A DNA stretch of 64,000 nt. It comes from Octopus vulgaris. Its lineage: Eukaryota. Shown here piece after piece: positions 40,101 to 59,265 of this stretch. Where the stretch lies: contig OX597824.1 of assembly GCA_951406725.2 (NCBI GenBank), positions 88,350,001-88,414,000 on the forward strand, in the 5' to 3' direction. The notes beneath the pieces were generated by a model. It was not told the DNA's origin. It saw only the letters and a program-made list of their open reading frames with translations, and made no database searches. Within the stretch, counting starts at the first letter, position 1. Each line of letters begins with the position of its first letter. A program made the translations under genes and the position numbers.

Positions 40101-42674
40101 GCGTCTGTGTTTGACCCTCTAGCATTGCTTGACAACCGATGCTGGTGTGTTTACGTCCCCGTCACTTAGCAGTTCGGCAAAAGAGACCGATAGAATAAGT
40201 ACTGGGCTTACAAAGAATAAGTCCCGGGGTCGATTTGCTCGACTAAAGGCGGTGCTCCAGCATGGCCGCAGTCAAATGACTGAAACAAGTAAAAGAGTAA
40301 AAGAGATATGCCCCATGCACACACACACAGAGAAAGAGTGAGAGGAGTCTCCATTGCTAGAATCAGTTATCAAGAGATATAGGTGTATAACTTAGATTAA
40401 ACTCACCTGATGATACTAGAAATACTGTAAACTTGCGTTTAGCAATATCAGGTACCATTGGTCTTATTTGTATAGCCATTTCTTTGATAAGCATGACTGC
40501 AATAAATGTTTTCCCAGGAGGTGAATTCACACATACTATTGTGTTTTGATGTAAGGCAGCATCCAGCAACTCCAGCTAAATAAAGGAAAAATGAGATTAT
40601 AAGATATGCAATATTTATATCTATCTATCTATCTACCTATCTAGCTTGAGCATAATCCTATGAACCAAGAGAAAAAAAAAAGAAAAACAAAAGGAATAAA
40701 GAGAGCCATTTACTGTAATGTGTTTTTTTTTGCAGGACACTATTGCCCAAGATTCCCGTGGTCTTTTCCATAAGCTTTTCTATCCACGGACAAACCTAAT
40801 CTGTTCTCCCCCTTTACGTTGACATTACTGTGATACACAATCCCTATTGATCGGTCCCACTTTTTTTTCCCACGCTCCCTTTTGATCAGAATTGCCCCCT
40901 CCTTTCTTTTTTTCTTCTTTTCACAATTCCTTTTGATCAGAATTCGTCCCCACCTTTTTCTTGTTTTTTTTCCCTTCTCTTCTTCCCAAAAAGAAAAGCT
41001 CTACTTTCTATTTTGTCCCTTCTGTGTTTAGCCCTGCATGGCCAATAAAGAAATCAATCTGTCTGTCTATCGATCTATCCATTTATCTATCAATTTATTT
41101 TCCTAAATTCTTCCCTCTTCCTCCAAAATTTCAGGCCTTGTGTCTATTACTGAGAGAATTTATTTTCCTAAATTCTTTATTGTAGAGGCACGTGGCTTAG
41201 TGGTTAGGGTGTCAGCATCATGATCATAAGATTGTGGTTTCGATTCCTGGACCAGGCGACGTGTTGTGTTCTTGAGCAAAACACTTCATTTCACGTTGCA
41301 AAAATGAGTAACGCTGCGTTGGACTGGCATCACATCCAGCTGGGGAACACATACTCCATAGAAACCAGGAAACCGGGATCATGATCCTGGCTAGGCTTTA
41401 AAAGGACGCATTTATTTATTTATTTTTAAAAAATTCTTTATTATTTTGTGCTGAAGCAAAAACAATTGCAGTGTGGAAGGTGCTTATAAGCCATTTAAAA
41501 ACACACAAAAACCGTTAAATTCTCTTCAACATTTAAATTTACCAAAATATTTTCGGTGCTTTGAGACCGTGACATGTTCACTGACAAGCTGCAGCACAGG
41601 ATTTTGTCAGTGAATAGGTCACGGTCTCAAAGTGATGAAAATATTTTGGCAAATTAAATTCAAGCGTTGAAGTGAATCTAACGGGTTTCGTGTGTTTTTA
41701 TTTTGAGAATTAACTAAAACAGAGGAAGGGATTATCATCAGAAATATGGTAACAAAAGGGGTTAACTAAAGGTAGCATTAGATATTTTTACCCTTTCACT
41801 GTGGAACTCATTTTGCTAATACACTGCAACTATCAATATGCATGGACGAGATACTATGCCGGTTCTTCTCAGACAACTATTAAAAGAAACACACACATAT
41901 AAAACTTCCTAATATTTGACTTCATATTAGCAAACAAAAGGCGGCGAGCTGGCAGAAACGTTAGCACCTCGGGTGAAACGCTTAGTGGTATTTCGTCTGC
42001 TGCTACGTTCTGAGTCCAAATTCCGCCAAGGTCGACTTTGCCTTTCATCCTTTCGGGGTCGATAAATTAAGTACCAGTTACGCACTGGGGTCGATGTAAT
42101 CGACTTAATCCCTTTGTCTGTCCTTGTTTGTCCCCTCTGTGTTTATCCCCTTGTGGGTAGTAAAGAAATAGGTATTCGTCTGCTGCTACGTTCTGAGTTC
42201 AAATTCTGCTGAGATCGACTTTGCCTTTCATCCTTTCGGGGTCGATAAATTAAGTACCAGTTACGCACTGGGGTCGATGTAATTGACTTAATCCCTTTGT
42301 CTGTCCTTGTTTGTCCCCTCTGTGTTTATCCCCTTGTGGGTAGTAAAGAAATAGGTATTCGTCTGCCGCTACGTTCTGAGTTCAAATTCTGCTGAGATCG
42401 ACTTTGCCTTTCATCCTTTCGGGGTCGATAAATTAAGTACCAGTTACTCACTGGGGTCGATGTAATCGACTTAATCCCTTTGTCTGTCCTTGTTTGTCCC
42501 CTCTGTGTTTAGCCCCTTGTGGGCAATAAAGAAATAATATTAGCAAACAATTGACTACGAAACAAATCAGTGACTTACTTGATATGTTTGGGGTGTAAAA
42601 GTGTGTACTGGAAGGTCTTCTGTTCGCAAATAGCGAGGCAGTTTACGCACAGGATCATATGCAGCTTTCACCAT
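10471..42674 (-). CDS. DICER1: Endoribonuclease Dicer-1, whole spliced CDS span (17 coding exons, 7239 nt, ~2412 aa)
   Basis: Exons join with GT-AG sites and consistent phases: helicase (FTPQTYQLELLDAA...GKTFIAV), DUF283 ([11 protein letters not shown]), platform/PAZ ([22 protein letters not shown]), RNase IIIa ([12 protein letters not shown]...[13 protein letters not shown]), RNase IIIb ([12 protein letters not shown]...[13 protein letters not shown]), dsRBD ([18 protein letters not shown]). Confidence 0.97.
12096..12171 (-). CDS. DICER1: Dicer coding exon 16 (dsRBD start)
   Basis: [21 protein letters not shown]; cag/gtgagt. Confidence 0.94.
13421..13589 (-). CDS. DICER1: Dicer coding exon 15 (RNase IIIb end)
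   Basis: [21 protein letters not shown]. Confidence 0.96.
15169..15424 (-). CDS. DICER1: Dicer coding exon 14 (RNase IIIb)
   Basis: [18 protein letters not shown]...[15 protein letters not shown]; long poly-T tract before the acceptor. Confidence 0.96.
15567..15900 (-). mobile_element. Second Helitron family (5' part); 3' part at 63600-63812
   Basis: Minus strand starts TCTCTATATATAAAC; ~185 bp nearly identical to 63627-63812, where a hairpin and CTAG end are present. A third Helitron-like 5' end lies at ~29280-29409(-). Confidence 0.65.
17826..18118 (-). mobile_element. tRNA-headed SINE-like element carrying a minimal hammerhead ribozyme
   Basis: Minus strand: A box TGGCGTAGTGG, B box GAGTTCGATTCC, (AAT)n/(GAT)n spacer, then GACAC-CTGATGA-A-GGCTG..CAGCT-GAAA-CATT-GTGTT. 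Confidence 0.75.
17872..17917 (-). ncRNA. Minimal type I hammerhead ribozyme motif (Penelope-type, decayed)
   Basis: CUGAUGA and GAAA core, stem I GACAC/GUGUU, stem II GGCUG/CAGCU; stem III CAUU probably from palindromic CGUU by CpG decay. Confidence 0.72.
18118..18302 (+). mobile_element. Inverted (head-to-head) 3'-truncated copy of the same tRNA-headed element
   Basis: gcatatggcatagtggtt...gttcgattccaagcagtgacc...ttaggaatgagaacc...cccaaga mirrors 17915-18117 and ends just before the ribozyme core. Confidence 0.8.
18570..19104. repeat. Long inverted repeat (~245-bp arms) with a duplicated centre
   Basis: 18570-18815 is a near-perfect reverse complement of 18858-19104; aaaactgtgcatcattagagaacttttg is tandemly duplicated at the centre. 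Confidence 0.9.
19244..19458 (-). CDS. DICER1: Dicer coding exon 13 (start of RNase IIIb)
   Basis: [35 protein letters not shown]; different frame from the ORF listed in the track. Confidence 0.95.
19628..20020 (+). mobile_element. Non-autonomous Helitron (same family as 767-1191)
   Basis: A|TC start, CCCGAGCAACGCCGGG hairpin, TTAG|T end. Confidence 0.8.
21677..25245 (-). CDS. DICER1: Dicer coding exon 12 (PAZ, connector, long insert, RNase IIIa); 3569 nt
   Basis: Lies within the 1202-aa ORF with PAZ and RNase IIIa signatures; cag acceptor at 25246-47, gtatgt donor. Confidence 0.97.
25350..25578. mobile_element. TTAA-flanked piggyBac-type MITE family 2 (~228 bp)
   Basis: TTAA-CCCTTTAG...CTAAAGGG-TTAA termini; copies at 4161-4386, 8302-8530; partial copies ~29930-30111, 30497-30713, 43545-43730, 57770-58314 (interrupted). 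Confidence 0.8.
26726..26939 (-). CDS. DICER1: Dicer coding exon 11 (platform)
   Basis: [16 protein letters not shown]...[14 protein letters not shown]; cag/gtttgt. Confidence 0.94.
28302..28481 (-). CDS. DICER1: Dicer coding exon 10 (platform)
   Basis: [14 protein letters not shown]...[11 protein letters not shown]; tag/gtaaat. Confidence 0.92.
29520..29920 (-). mobile_element. SINE family A copy
   Basis: Full-length match to family A; inverted relative to the copy at 30113-30490. Confidence 0.9.
30113..30490 (+). mobile_element. SINE family A copy
   Basis: Starts ggcgcaggagtggttgtgtgg, ends gactgaaaca followed by an A-run. Confidence 0.9.
31431..31618 (-). CDS. DICER1: Dicer coding exon 9
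   Basis: [13 protein letters not shown]...[15 protein letters not shown]; cag/gtactt. Confidence 0.93.
33293..33368 (-). CDS. DICER1: Dicer coding exon 8 (DUF283)
   Basis: [22 protein letters not shown]; tag/gtaaac. Confidence 0.92.
33978..34119 (-). CDS. DICER1: Dicer coding exon 7 (DUF283)
   Basis: [15 protein letters not shown]...LKLPINSPV; cag/gtatgt. Confidence 0.95.
34930..35117 (-). CDS. DICER1: Dicer coding exon 6 (includes poly-Asn)
   Basis: VLLRKY...SAISIVNR leading into DUF283; cag/gtcagt. Confidence 0.9.
35985..36086 (-). CDS. DICER1: Dicer coding exon 5 (motif VI ARARA, pincer)
   Basis: [14 protein letters not shown]...YKRIEQ; cag/gtaa. Confidence 0.9.
37185..38333 (-). CDS. 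DICER1: Dicer coding exon 4 (Hel1 end, Hel2i, Hel2)
   Basis: PRIVVLTA...LGPWCA...LCGLIFV...EVLRKFR...[14 protein letters not shown]; 1149 nt, phase 0/0. Confidence 0.95.
38578..38831 (-). CDS. DICER1: Dicer coding exon 3 (helicase motif II region)
   Basis: [14 protein letters not shown]...[10 protein letters not shown]; cag acceptor, gtaagt donor. Confidence 0.93.
38890..39475 (-). mobile_element. CR1-group LINE 3' fragment (ORF2 C-terminus plus 3' tail)
   Basis: [31 protein letters not shown]...FNILP...FKIKLDLFL is a typical CR1-type ORF2 end; tail CCAGCATGGCCACAGCTCGTGAGCTGAAACTAGATAAAATGAAATG. Confidence 0.85.
40407..40575 (-). CDS. DICER1: Dicer coding exon 2 (helicase motif I region)
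   Basis: [33 protein letters not shown]; tag acceptor, gtgagt donor. Confidence 0.93.
41182..41410 (+). mobile_element. tRNA-derived SINE family D
   Basis: A box TGGCTTAGTGG, B box GGTTTCGATTCC, body (GCGATGGACTGGCGTCCCATCCAG-like). Other copies: 13108-13353(-), 54179-54427(-), 51713-52010(+, variant), 15920-16070(-, partial). Confidence 0.8.
41496..41700. repeat. Inverted repeat (~90-bp arms), Penelope-terminal-like, with variant hammerhead-like motif in each arm
   Basis: 41496-41587 is the reverse complement of 41604-41700; each arm has TGTCA-GTGAA(C/T)A-...-GAAA-ATATTT-TG. Confidence 0.6.
41939..42537 (+). mobile_element. tRNA-derived SINE family B, trimeric copy (~183-bp repeat unit)
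   Basis: Head GGCGGCGAGCTGGCAGAAACGTTAG, B box GAGTTCAAATTCC, body GTCGACTTTGCCTTTCATCCTTTCGGGGTCGATAAATTAAGTACCAG, tail TAAAGAAATA. Other copies: 4907-5307, 14669-15078, 16887-17120, 21200-21620(-), 28688-28920(-), 30742-31137, 34561-34730, 36448-36682, 51087-51480(-), 52948-53166(-), 53483-53710. Confidence 0.9.
42579..42674 (-). CDS. DICER1: Dicer coding exon 1 ([32 protein letters not shown])
   Basis: ATG directly after a cag acceptor; FTPxxYQ matches the Dicer N-terminal Q-motif; gtaagt donor; 96 nt. Not in the ORF track. Confidence 0.85.
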
Positions 42675-45600
42675 CTGGAAGGGAAATCAATAGGGAGCAG
42701 AATTTCTTAAAATGGTATATAACGGTAAGGAATGTAATGGTATTGTGTATAACTAACTGGAATGAGACGATAGGGTGCAGCTGTTTGGATGCTGGTGATT
42801 TGGTATGGCTGAGTGGACAAAGATCATGCTTCGGAGACTACATTTTGGCACCAAAGGCACACACACACACACACAGAGAAAGTAGGGTATTAAGAGCATC
42901 ATACGAGCGTGATCGTTGCAAGAGCAGCCATCTGGCTCGCCAGTCCTCAGTCAAACCGTCCAACACATGCCAGCATGGAAAGCGGACTTAAATGATGATA
43001 TAAACATATATATATACACATATATATACACACATATATACATACATATATACATACATATATACACATATATATATATATGTATATATATATATACATA
43101 CACCCACATATATGATATGTGGCTAAGAAATGTGCTTCCCAACCACATATTTTGGGATTCAGTCCCACTACATGTCACCTTCAGCAGGTGTCTTCCACTA
43201 TACCCACAGGCTGCCAAAAGCCTTGTGAGAGAATTATATAATGCAAACAACTATACTGAAGTAGTAAGACCATTCTCAATAGAGATGGAAACGTTTGCGA
43301 TAATTCTCCAATTTAGACCTAAAAGATAACTGCTCATAAGGACCCAAATATAGAAGATCTCTCAATATGGACTTTCAGTTTAGATAATGGTAAATCCCCT
43401 ATTGCAGCCTACTGATATAATTTCCAATCATCCCCTAATAATTCTAAAAACTTAATATCAGAGGATTTTACTTATTCTGTGATGAAGAGTTCTTTAAATT
43501 GTGATGCTTATCAATACAATAACATTCATTAAAAGACAGAAACTTTAACTCTTAGTATTTAAACTGGCCATATCTGGCCCAAATATTCCTCTTCTTTAAC
43601 GCTCAAACCAACTAAATCTGGCTTCTCACACCTGCCCTACAATGTCATTTCAAAAGTAAACAATCATATCATCAAAACCTCAAAGTTACAAGATAATGCA
43701 GGATTTATTCAAAACAATGTGAATGAGAAACATTTCTCATAGACCATAGATATCATAAGATCTTTAATAAAAAAAAACATTAAGATGAGCTACAGTTGCA
43801 ATAAAAACTTCATTGTCCAAATACATCTGGGATTTAAAGGATGATGATGATCATCATCATCATCGTTTAACGTCCGCTTTCCATGCTAGCATGGGTTGGA
43901 CAATTTTTACTGAGGGCTGGCAAACCAGATAGCTGCACCAGACTCCAGTCTTGATCTGGTAGAGTTTCTACAGCTGGATGCCCTTCCTAACGGCAACCAC
44001 TCCAAGAATGTAGTGGGTGCTTTTACTTGCCACCGGCACGGGGGCCAGTCAGGCAGTACTGGCAACAACCTCGCTCGAATCTTTTTACACATGTCACCGA
44101 CACAGGTGCCACTAAGGTGATGCTGGTAACGATCACGCTTGAATGGTGCCTTTTATGTGCCACCGGGACGGAAGCCAGTTAGCCACTCTGGCAACGATCA
44201 CGCTTGGATGGTGCACTTGGCACCCTACTAGCATGGGCACAAGTGCCAGATACAAAAAACGATTCGATGATATTATTAACAATTTGAAATCAAATGGTCC
44301 ATTGTAGTATATGTTTCCCTATGGTAGTAGTTTCAAAAGGTACTATCTCTATTTTTTGGTGAAGTATAACTTTGTATTGAAGTCTGTTGTAGTCTTGAAC
44401 AAAAGACTGGCATTGGTCAATTCTTGTAGAAATTCCCATCACTTTTTATTGTGGAATTTCCAACAATGACTTGGCTAGCAAATTTTATCTCCTACACAAT
44501 AGATTTTCCATACTCTGAAAGCTTCTACTATACTTCATAAACATTAATTTATTATTCAACAAGAGCCACTTCGCCTGATCAGTGTCTTTTGCATATGATA
44601 AATAATTGAAAATATCACGTTTTTCTCGGTTGGATAGGTGCAAATATCACGTGTCTCTGCACATGGTATTGAACAAATGAGAATGTGAAGCGGTTTTTTG
44701 TTTTTTGAAAACCAATCAAATCTCGACTGCTAAACCAATCATATCTCGATCTATTTGTGAATATTTTTGCATATATACTGTCATACTGCTATCCTAGTTT
44801 CAGTAGTATATTAAAAACACACAACCAAGTCATTATGTTACCAAAAACGTGACAAACATGAAAAATAGGGATTCCGCGTGTTCGTAAGAAGATATTTGAG
44901 AAGCTAAGGCGATAGGAGCAGCATTTTCTGTTTTGTAATAGGTTTTCCCCATGCCTGGTTGAGATCGCTTTTATGTTGGAGCGAGTTTCCCTGTAACTTT
45001 TAAATAAGACTGGATCCTATTTTTTCGTTCAACCATAGCAACTGGAGCAAGCAGAATTTGGCGTTTCATCAAGGGCATAGTAACACAACCAACTTATAAA
45101 ATGGTTTTGAATTAACAAACCTTTGTTTTTTCTCTTCTTTCCGTGAAAAAAATTCCTTTTCTGTTACTATTTTGCTATTTTCTTTGCGTAGTCGGCCGCA
45201 AGGTTTCCTTCCGCTATTCCTAAGTAACTCAATGGATTGGTGCCTACAAGAAGAATTATGAAATTATGTACAAATATAATCTTTCTATAGCAGTTGATAT
45301 ACTTAAGAACAATTCCAATACTAAAAAAAGAAAGTAAAAAACAGCAAAATACAGTCGTGATGAAAATAAAGTTTGATATTTTTGTTAGTCTTTGCTCGAG
45401 GCAATCAAACCGTTCTCATCAAGTCAATCTTAACAGTAAATATCTGAAGAAATAGTACACATTAATGGGAATATTTACAAATGTAAGAGGGAAATAATAC
45501 CAATTTTCGTAATTAAACCTTTCTAATAGTTTCACTTCAGTTGTAAAGAATAAAATCAGAAAAGGCAAAAGATAAAAAAAAGCATTTTCATACCAAAGAA

Positions 45601-46173
45601 AAACCCTCGAATTCTAAACATTAAATGTGATCTCGAGGTGCGTGATGTAAGCGAAAACATTTATTTAAATGTATATATATTAAATACTAGATGGAATAGA
45701 TGCTTGATGATATTTCTTTCTTTCTTTCTCTCTCTCTCTTTTTACTGAAGATAGACACGAAAAGCAACACTGGCCCAAATATAAAGCAATATGACCAGTA
45801 AAATATTCAGTAGTAAGTCTTTGAGATTACACCAACATAGTATGATGTAATTAACCGAAAAAGTATAAGACACGAAGAAAAAGGAAAGTTCAAGGAAGAT
45901 AGTCAGAAAAAAAAAAAATCCCCAAACCTATGTAATGTTTGTCGACAGCGAATCGCCAGACATATCTTGAAGTGTATATATATATATATATATAAAGACA
46001 GCCAACAATTCAATAAAGGAAAGTTGGAGTATAAATAAGGATTACAAATCGAAAATTATGTTATGATTACAAAAACTAAACAAGGAAATAAGGACAAAAT
46101 ATCACAACAAACAGCTCATAAGAGAACATTTAGTTAGAAAACACTTCTGGTGCGCACATTATTGTATTATATT

Positions 46174-46206
<33 letters not shown>

Positions 46207-47099
46207 GTATATTTATTTTAGAGGGAAACCACTATGTGGACACCCTTATGTTAGAAATAGATCCGCTATGGTCTTACCACTAAGAAATGTTCTCAAGAAA
46301 AATTTAGCAAAACAACCAAAAACGTAATCGAGCAAGACAAAAGAAAAAGAAAAAAAAACAAGACATATATATATATATATAACTTGAGTGTTTTGAAAGA
46401 TTAATTACATTTTCAAAATTCAATAGTAGGTGTTTGCTAATATAATATATTGTAAGTATATATCGACTTGTTCAATAGTAAACTATACTAATGCAACTAC
46501 AATGAGATCCAAAAGTGAAAATGCATGCATTAGTATTATATCGAGTTGTTGATATGAGACTAGAGAACAACTGATCATAATTAGGAGAACGTTGGAAGAA
46601 TCGCATAAATAAGCATTCGAAATAAACACATACAACTATTATTCGAGTAAATGAAATAAATTTCATTTGAAACAAGGATTATAAATATATGAGCGAATAA
46701 GGTGAAGCAGCCAGTATCTGCTTTAGGTATATAGATAATAAGGCGGCTATAGAATATGAAACTTTAAAGAAAGTAATATAAACAATTAGTTCAGAAGCAA
46801 AGCAAATGAATTAATGGCTGGAGTGGTTCCGAATTTTGGATGAATTTTGGCTTTTAATATTTGTATCGATGAAGTATTTAATTGAAAAAAATAATAATTT
46901 TGAGTTTGTAAACAATGGAAAGGTAAGAATGTAAATAAAGATATGAATAATCTTTATGTAACCTATGTTGGAAGACAAAAATCAATAAGATGAGGGGAGA
47001 AAAGGTAAATGGAGCAGACGCTTGAGTCTCATCGAAAGAGATGAAGGCGTGCAATCAGAACGAATTTCCATTCGTAACAAAGACTTCAATTATAAATAC

Positions 47100-47962
47100 A
47101 CAGCAATGTATGCTTACTCACAAAGCTTCTATTCAATCATGGTCCAGTCTTAAATTAGTATTGTGGTATATGAGCTAGTATAAAGGTGAGGCTATCTATT
47201 TTTTAACATTTCCCGGACAATATTAAACCCTAGGACCATGCCAAGCAACTTGTCCGATTTTGCTATGAGGATATTATCAAAGGAACGTGTTGATTGGTGG
47301 AAACAAACTTTTATACTTAAATCGAGCCAATGAACCATCGTTTAACAAATTAATGTTCTAACCGGTGAAGGTAATTATTATTTAGCTCTAAAACGTTTTC
47401 CACCCATAAAATATTATTATTTGTTGTTGCTGTTTGGTTGGCTGACCCTCCAAGAGCGCATTTGGGGGATCTTTGTTTATTGCAGTATTTATAGTAGTAT
47501 ATTCCTTGAATAAATATTTGCAGAAAATATCTTTCTCTAATAACGACCAATTTGCTGTTCGTTTTAACCTGTGCTAAAACAGGGGATTTGCAGTACAATT
47601 TTAAAAATTTTATATTCAAATTAGGCGATCATTCGTTACTAGTAATATAACTGTCACTTGTAAACCCACGTGGGTTTATTTACATTTCTGAATTAAAAAA
47701 AAGATACCCTTCCTCCCACCCCTAACCCTAACCCCCACATATATAAAAAAATAAAAATTTTATGGAAAGTGATGATCTTCAAATGTAAATAAATACACGT
47801 GAGGTAAATGGGACTCGGAATGCCTCAAATTAAATTATTAAGACGATATTGATAGAAATCCTAAACAAAGGTCTTATGTGAGAGAGAGTACGTCTTAAAG
47901 AAAGGCAAACCATTCCTGACACCGGTTTAGAGTACGCATGTCCCTGTGTCACACGCTTGGTT
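47100..47962. promoter_or_regulatory. Candidate bidirectional promoter between Dicer and ALKBH6
   Basis: Repeat-free with more CpG than the flanks; CCAAT/ATTGG boxes at ~47293 and ~47327; minus-strand donor-like gtaagc near 47117 could end a non-coding Dicer exon; ALKBH6 ATG at 47963. Confidence 0.5.
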
Positions 47963-57393
<9,431 letters not shown>

Positions 57394-58664
57394 CAGTGAA
57401 GGTAATTTATTTTTAATTGAAGAATTACAAGCATAAGAATCATCATCATCACCACCACCACAACCATCGCCACTGCCGCCACCACCATTTTCTTTACACA
57501 GCTATCCTTGTCCATAAGCAGTGCCTGTTTATCTGCATTGTTTTGAATTGTAGTGTGATGGAGGAAGAAGAAAACAGAAAAAGAAGCAACCACCGCCACC
57601 ACCAACTTGAACTGTCCGCATGTGCTTCCTGCTCACGCATGTCCCATGGCTGTTCCACAGGCCCCTGCAATCTTCACTTCCGTCTACCTCATCAGCAATC
57701 CTCTCCACCAACACCACATAGCTCATCACAGCCCATAACACCACTAGCACCACATTAATCATTCATTATACCGTAGCATTTGGATTTCGATGCTGTGTTT
57801 GTTTAATTTTAGAATGACATTGTAGGGTAGATCTAAGTCAGATATTGTCAGTTTGAACACAAAACATGTAGAATGGATACAGTCAAATGTCATCATCATC
57901 ATCATCATCATCGTTTAACGTCTGTTTTCCATGCTAGCATGGGTTGGACGGTTCGACCGAGGTCTGGGAAGCCAGGAGGTTGCACCAGGCTCCAGTCTGA
58001 TCTGGCAGTGTTTCTACTGCTGGATGCCCTTCCTAATGCCAATCACTCCGTGAGTATAGTGGGTGCTTTTTATGTGCCATCAGCACAGGTGCCAGGGGAG
58101 GCTGGCAACGGCCACGATCAGTTGGTGCTTTTTACGTGCCACCAGCACAGAAGCCAGTCAAGGCGGCACTGGCATCGACCTCATTCGGATGGTGCTTTCT
58201 ACGTGCCACCGGCACAGGTATCACAACTACAATTCCAGTTGATATTTATTTTGATGTTGATGTACTTGACTCAATAGGTCTCCTCAGTGGCTGATTTAAA
58301 TTCTAAAGGGTTAAACTTGATTTAACAATCTAGTTTTCTTGCTTTTCCTCATGGATGGTCATGAATGATGGGTAATGACCAAAAGAGTTTGACTGTGAAT
58401 ACAGGTATCCAAAATGTTGGTGGGGTGGTATCTCTGAAGGATTTCTGGAGTAATGTTGCTTGATAGGGGGTGTAGCTCAGAGATTATGGAATTTCACTAG
58501 GTCAAACTACTACTTTTCCATATCAAGAGGTCACAGCTCTGGTAGTCTGCACCTGTGGTTGACTGTTACAGGAAAGAATCGCGGGATAGATCCTTCAAGC
58601 TGAGCCAACTGACAGAAGACTTATGAGTAGACCAAGAACGATATGGTTGGATAATATATATATA

Positions 58665-59265
58665 AGGCGGTGAGCTGGCAGAAACGTTAGCACGCCGGGC
58701 GAAATGCGTAGCCGTATTTCGTCTGCTGTTATGTTCTGAGTTCAAATTCTGCCGAGGTCAACTTTACCTTTCATCCTTTCGAGGTCGATTAAATAAGTAC
58801 CAGTTACGCACTGGGGTCGATATAATCGACTTAATCCGTTTGTCTGTCCTTGTTTGTCCCCTCTGTATTTAGCCCCTTGTGGGTAGTAAAGAAATAGGTT
58901 TTTCGTCTGCCGTTACGTTCTGAGTTCAAATTGCACCGAGGTCGACTTTACCTTTCATCCTTTTGGGGTCGATAAATTAAGTACCAGTTATGCACTAGAG
59001 TCGATATAATTGACTTAATCCGTTTGTCTGTCCTTGTTTGTCCCCTCTGTGTTTAGCCCCTGGTAGGTAGTAAAGAAATAGGTATTTTGTCTGCCGTTAC
59101 ATTCTGAGTTCAAATTCCACCGAGGTCAACTTTACCTTTCATCCTTTTGGGGTTGATTAAATAAGTACCATTTACGCACTGGGGTCGATATAATCGACTT
59201 AATCCGTTTGTCTATACTTGTTTGTCCCCTCTGTGTTTAGCCCCTTGTGGGTAGTAAAGAAATAG
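58665..59265 (+). mobile_element. SINE family B, trimeric copy
   Basis: One head plus two head-less units joined at aaagaaata|ggt. Confidence 0.9.

Noticed and set aside
41939-42537. Tandem ~183-bp units as a CRISPR array or hammerhead retrozyme
   Set aside because: Eukaryotic context, no unique spacers, and no CUGANGA/GAAA core on either strand.
47719-47735. Telomere-like CCCTAA repeats (also at ~50880)
   Set aside because: Only about two units; too short to call an interstitial telomere.
57417-57762. His-rich ORFs after ALKBH6
   Set aside because: They derive from CAT/CAC microsatellite in the presumed 3' UTR, with no domain similarity or splice support.
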